A DNA stretch of 64,000 bases from Camelus dromedarius (lineage: Eukaryota), in assembly GCF_036321535.1 (NCBI RefSeq), contig NC_087447.1, positions 38,938,001-39,002,000 of the forward strand, read 5' to 3'. The notes beneath the pieces are model-generated. The model was not told where the DNA came from. It saw nothing but the letters and a program-made list of their open reading frames with translations, and searched no databases. Shown here piece by piece: positions 58,051-64,000 of this stretch. Position 1 is the stretch's first letter. Every line of letters starts with the position of its first letter. The position numbers were made by a program, and so were the translations under genes.

Positions 58051-58751
58051 GGAATTATGAGCCAAATACTTCCACTTGACACTTCTTCCAAAATAATTTC
58101 ATACAGAACTTATTTATGGTAAGAGAAGTTAGACTAATGGTTACCTGGGAAGGGAGGAGGGGAGAGGGGGAATGGAAGAGGCATAACGGTGCTGGAAGCG
58201 TTCTGTCTCTTGATCTCAGTGGTAGTCACAGAGGTGGTGTGTGCAGAGGTAAAAATTCACCGAGCCATATACTTAAGTTAGTGCACCCAACGCACTTTAC
58301 GTATAATATCTCAATTTTTGTAATGATAAAAGGATTCTGAGAAAAACTCTGCAATAATATTATCGTAACCTTAGGCTCCATGAAACATCCATGATATAAA
58401 CAATCCTACTGGGATTTAGCTATCATTCAAAAACTAGAAACCATAGGAAGAAAAAAAAAGTGTGAGAATTTAAAATAAGTGAAAGCTCCTGGCATGGTAA
58501 ATCACACTCACAAGCTTGTACTTTAAGGATGAGCCAAGATGGTTCAGAATTTTTCTTTGAGGATTTAGAGCTTGTTTTAGTGCATGGCACTGTTAGTAGA
58601 ACAACAGCAGCCACGATCTTGCACCCAGTTGGAAACTACAGAAGTTTAATGAGCTGCCTACTTTGTGGGCGACCTAAGTTGTAAACCCAGGAAACTTTAG
58701 TTTGAATACCATGACTTCTCCTTGGAAGAGCTCACGGTCCAGCACCATGTA

Positions 58752-59319
58752 CAGTCATCCCTCGGTATTTGTGGAGGGATTCGTTCCAGGACCCTCCAGG
58801 ACCACCCTCATACCAAAATCCGCAGATGTTCAAGTTTTTTATATAAGACGGTGATGTACCTTTGTTTAAAGTACTTGTTCCTGAACTTGGCATATAAAGT
58901 TAGATAAGACAGTATTTTCCACAGAGCATGGGTATAATAGGGAGACAGACTTAAACAGATAATTCTAATATAATGCAGGATGAAGGAATACGTATAAAGA
59001 AGATCTAACCCAGCCTAGAAAATGTAGGGGCATCTTTTTAGAAGACACAGAGCTAAATTAACTACTGCTAACATAACCACTATGCACATCCTCCTGTATA
59101 CTTCAAATCATCTCTAGATGTCTTATAATACCTAATACAATGTAAATGCTGTGTAAGTAGTTGTGAATACAATGTAAATGCTGGGTAAATAGTTGCTGAC
59201 ATACAACAAATTCAACTTTTGCTTTTTGGAACTCTTCTAGAATTTTTTTTCTGAATGTTTTTAATCCACAGTTGGTTGAATCCACAGATGTGGAACCCAC
59301 AGATACGGAGGGCTGACTG
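58752..59319 (+). mobile_element. MER2-like Tigger element interrupted by a 213-bp insert (58859-59071)
   Basis: Terminal inverted repeats CAGTCATCCCTCGGTAT...ATACGGAGGGCTGACTG with TA flanks; both halves follow the MER2 consensus. Confidence 0.85.
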
Positions 59320-60869
59320 TACAGTCATTACCGGAGAAAGGCACAAAACACAAAGCTGACACAGGTGCCTACTCACAGGGATGAGTCATTCATTAGGTTA
59401 GGCAAGATGTATGTGCCTAACACCCAGCCCAGTGGCAGAATTCTGAAATATCCAGGGTCAGATGAAAGACTTCTTAGCTATGGGTCAATAACATTTTTCC
59501 CAAAACAAACATTACAATTCTGGGCCAAATTTTAGCCTGTGTAAGGGCACCAGGAGCCAAATGGGTAAAGATGACAGGATTATTAATTTAGTCATTTATT
59601 AGCCATTAAGCTGTTCAATTCAGATAAATTCCTTTGTTTAAAGTAGTTGTCCTTGAACTAAGCTCATGAAGTTAGTCAAGACAGTACTTTCCACAGAGCA
59701 CAGGGAGACAAACAAACAGATAATTCCAATATAATTCAGGATGAAGGAATACATACAAAAAGGATCTAACCTAGCCTAGGGAATTTAGGGGCATCTTCTT
59801 AGAAGACACAGAGCTAAGTGAACCACTGCTAAGTTTTATCACCATGCCATATGCAATTAGACACTATTTCTAGTGACTCCTTTCATTACAAATATCTTGA
59901 TCTTTTAAAGTAGCTATACATAAATATAATAATATAGCTATATATAAAGACATAAATTAATATTTAGTTCTGAGAATAGAACATGAAGAAATTAAGTAAT
60001 TGCTTAATGAGCACATTATGATTTTCAAAAATAATTTTAGGGTTGAGATCATAAAGGCATTTATTTGATTCAAGTCAATGTGTATATAACATGTCTCTCC
60101 AGCAAAGACCCCCTACAGTGGGACAGCGTGCTTCTGGAAGAGGATGTAAAAACAATGGTTTATTATTCAAGGTGGTACAATCTCATGGGGAAGGCATGTT
60201 ATATAGTTAGTGTCCCTCACAGTGCACCATCATTCTTAAGTGAATTCCAAGAAGTCCTATTTCTATAAAAAGTGAGTAATTGTCTTCACAAAAGGAATTC
60301 ATTTTTTGCCCAGAGTCTAACCTATAAAATACAGTAACACCCAAAAAAAAGGTATTATTCATTCAAATGCTTTTCCCATCTTTCCTCAACAAAAGCCCTG
60401 AAAATTGGGCTGCCATATATTGGAATCAACAACATTGTAATTTTATTCAAATATGAAACACCTGTATGTGCTTTTGATTCTTGCTACAGAAATACAGTTC
60501 TGTAAATGAAGATAAATTACACCAAGCGAAAAATGTACTATTATCATTGACAGCCTAGAGATACCATATATTACTGAGAAAATGCTTAGGAATAAACACC
60601 AAAAACACATGTGCTACACGTAAAAAGTAGTTACAGCTATTTTATACATCCCTCAGCCTTTTTTAGCTTCTTTAAAAACAGAAGACAAGTAAGGTTGAGC
60701 ATCAATTTTTTTATGCAAATAGTACCTCTTCCCGCTCTAAGGAAACACTTTTCTTACGGCATGTATCGTTTTCTAACTCATATGATATATTGTTCTGTCA
60801 GTGTCTTATTAAACACAGTTCTGTTGAGACTCTTCAGTCTGTCTTCACAGCATTCCTATGCAAATATTC

Positions 60870-61020
60870 ATCTAGTCATCTGAATTTTGTAGAAGAGAAA
60901 CTTGAAGCTTAATGAGACAAGTAACTTGCCCAAAGTTACACAGCTGTTAGGTGGCAGAAGTGGGATTGAAATCTAGGTCTATTTGATTGCAAACTCCATA
61001 ATCTTTCTATTGTGCCACAT
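60870..61020 (-). mobile_element. MIR fragment
   Basis: 'aagtaacttgcccaaagttacacagct...ggcagaagtgggattgaa'. Confidence 0.7.
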
Positions 61021-61781
61021 TTGCCTCCTCCAAAACAAGATCAGGTCATTTTGCCTTGTCCTCATGTCTTTGTATTCTCCACAACGAGTAGCACAGGATC
61101 TTACATATGTCTTGGAACTCATGGAATTAATCATTATTTTCACCATGCTTTATCTTTGCAGATTACATGACAAGGGAGAGTGTGAACTATTTAAAAGTAA
61201 CTATTTCACATTAAAAATGTCTGTTTTAACAAGACTAAAAGGAACACAACTTTCTTTGTAGTTGCAGTGAAGAACCCATTACAGCTATCTAGAATGCATC
61301 AGAGATGCTCACTTTCACAGCACTGGAAAGAGTTTTAGGCAGCTTTTCTTAAGAAAGCCAAATTTGTAGTATGCACAGTATCCCCCGCAATTCATTTGGT
61401 GATCTCTGCTGTGCCTTGTATTCAATTATGACATTCAGAATTTGTCTGCTTTAAACATTTTCAAAGCCTCTTATTTAAAAAAACCCAAACATTTCTACCA
61501 AGTTTCTAACATTCCCACTAGTGCCTCAATATTCAGTCTAAACAAGTATAGACAGGTTTCTGTGACATTTCCTCATCTCTAAAGGATGGTTAAACCTAAT
61601 GCCCAGTATCTGTTCTGACTGTTTCAGAAATCTGGAATGTAAGTTTGGTTTTCACCTGGAGGTGAAGCATCTGACCCTCAGTTATTCAGCACCGTTAGTC
61701 TAGGGGGAACAAAAACAGAGCTGCTATGTTCTTGGCTCTTCTAAATCATTTCTTGTGTCCTGACCACTGACCTTCTGGTTC

Positions 61782-63185
61782 TAGAAGGGTGGCAGAATAT
61801 GCCACCCCAAAATATGCCACTTTAATGCAACAATTATTTTGAGCTAAAGGCACTTAGGAAGCAGAGGATGCAAAGAGAGATGTCTAATCTCCCTGTCTCT
61901 TCCTGAAAACAGGAGATTAAAACTCCCATGTGAAGGATGCTCTTCTTATACCAGGAGAAAAGAAACATGCTTCAATGCGAAATCAAAGCCGAGAGACTCC
62001 TATCTACATATACTTTGTTGAAATAGTTCTTACCTTCCATTAGCCTCCCCATATAGTTTAGTTACTTTTTCACAATTGCCTTTCTTTGTTCAACCTAATA
62101 TAAAAGCTTGTAGATTTTGCCATTTCTTTGATCTTTCATTTCCCATGAGAGTTTCTGTGTCACAGAAAACATATAAATTTGTATACAATTCCCCTGTTAA
62201 TCAGGTTAATATCCATTTAATCTTCAGGCCCAACCAAAAAAACCCTATGAAGACAGAGATAAGATTTTGGCTCTCCTATGGTTTCTGGTGGTGAGGATGG
62301 GATTTCAATGGTTGGGGCACTGAGAGATCCTGGGACATCTGACAAAAAGCCAGCAGAAGGTAAGAATTCTTACCACTTCAGTCACTTAGATCTCTGCCTG
62401 CATGGCCCAGCCAAAGCAAGAATAATGAAAGTCTCCCCTTATCGTTTTTCCTTTCTAAATGTAGATTGGCAGGAGAAAAACATATGTAAAATTAGTTCTT
62501 TGAATTGTGACTGTAAATATGGTTCTGAGTATACCCATTGGTTATGATCCGCAGCCTCCTAGTCTTTGTTTTTTTTGTTTTTTGGGTTTTGTTGTTGTTG
62601 TTGTTGTTTTGTCTGTCTTTAGTGGTGTTTGTCATAAGGAGGAGAATTGTAAAATAAGATGCTCCTTTCACCTTGTTTCATGTCTTCAGAGCTTGGCTTT
62701 GTGACCAGTGAGAATATTCTCTCTGGTCTCCCCAAACTGGAGCATACAGATGTTGGCTTGAATCAGGTAACCAGCCAAAGAGGCTGGAAACCAAGACATA
62801 AAATTACAAGCAGCTCTTTGTCTAACCTTGCCAGCTCTCAAGGAAGTTTGTCTTAGTGAGAAGTTCCAGTGCGTAAGGAGACTTTGTGGTCTTACCTTCA
62901 TTTTCTTCATAGTGCTAGGAAGCCCTTATCCTAATGTCGCCCAGTGGGTGCTGCAGGTTAGCTGGTGCATAGCTGGAAGCAGCTCACATTCCTGTAGGAA
63001 ACAAGAGACACCGGTTTCACAAATACTGTTCGTACTGCCTGTGACAATAAAGCGCTTTACATTCCTAGGCTGGCTCTGAGAGTACACTTGCTGGATCTTG
63101 GGAGGGCTGCACCTTTGGTGCTCTTTGGGGTTGCCTCTTGTGTCCATGGTTAAGCCATAAAAAGGCTTGTTGATTTTTTTGGTAG
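61782..63185 (+). mobile_element. ERV1 (MER34-like) 5' LTR (~61782-62280) plus internal leader with PBS and splice donor
   Basis: 'gaatatgccaccccaaaatatgccacttt' LTR start; PBS-like TGGTGGTGAGGATGGGAT at 62286-62303; AAG|GTAAGA at 62360. Confidence 0.75.
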
Positions 63186-63702
63186 CCTTTAAAAAAATGG
63201 ACATATAGTTGATTTACAGCATTGTGTTAGTTTCTGGTGTACAGTAAAGTGACCCAGTTATATATATATATATATACACACACACACATATATATACATA
63301 TATATTTTTTATATATATGTGTATAATTCTTTTTCATGTTCTTTTGCATTATGGTTTATTACAGAATATTGAATACAGTTTCCTACTGAATACAGAATAC
63401 AGTGCTATATAGTAGGACCTCATTGTTTATTTTATATATAGTAGATTGTATCTGCTAATCCCAGACTTCTAATTTATCCCTCCCTCTCCCCTTGCCCCCC
63501 CATAACCATAATTTTATTTTCTATATCTGTGAGTCTTTTACTGCTTTATCAATAAGGTTGTATCATATTTTAGATTCCATATATAAGTGATATCATGTGG
63601 TATTTGTCTTTCTCTATCTTACTTCACTTAGTATGATAATCTCCAGGTCCATCCATGTTGCTGCACATTATTTCATTCTTTTTTATGGCTGAGTAGTATT
63701 TC

Positions 63703-63756
<54 letters not shown>

Positions 63757-64000
63757 ACATCTTCTTTATTCAGTTCATTTGTTGATGGACATTTAGGTTG
63801 CTTCTATATCTTGGCTATTGTAAATAGTACTGTTGTGAACATTGGGGTGCTTATATCTTTTCAAATGAGAGTTTTCTCCAGATGTATGCCCAGGAGTAGG
63901 ATTGCAGGATCATATGGCAACTATATTTTCAGGTTTTTAAGTTATTTCCATACTGTTCTCCATAGTGGCTGTACCAATTTACATCCCCACCCACAGTGTA
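63186..64000 (-). mobile_element. L1 3' region inserted in the ERV, running off the window; contains (TA)~24 at 63705-63752
   Basis: Reverse-strand L1 3'UTR/ORF2-end motifs ('ttgatggacatttaggttgctt', 'ccatactgttctccatagtggctgtaccaatttacat'). Confidence 0.9.

Noticed and set aside
56701..58122. Overlapping 64-198 aa ORFs on both strands
   Set aside because: Expected from stop-codon scarcity in a CpG island; low-complexity R/G/P/A content with no recognisable homology

Overview
Mammalian genomic DNA, probably from a camelid (inferred from tRNA-Ala-derived Vic-1-like SINEs). The window holds most of FAR1 (fatty acyl-CoA reductase 1) on the minus strand: a CpG-island promoter and non-coding exon 1 near 57.3 kb, a ~25.4 kb intron 1, and coding exons 2-10, which join in frame to 1257 nt (419 codons). 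The last exons lie beyond the left edge. The main finding is a tandem pair of homologous 172-nt exons (9a and 9b, 30/58 aa identical) that the reading frame forces to be mutually exclusive. Just downstream of 9b are a candidate RNA hairpin and GCAUG and UACUAAC motifs. Other findings include a GC splice donor after exon 10, an in-frame +9 nt alternative donor on exon 7, and an antisense RPS24 processed pseudogene that retains a microexon. There is also a young L1 with a probable short 3' transduction and a MER2-like element containing a copy of nearby sequence. The rest is ordinary intronic repeat content. Repeat family names and ortholog comparisons come from recalled sequences, not database searches.
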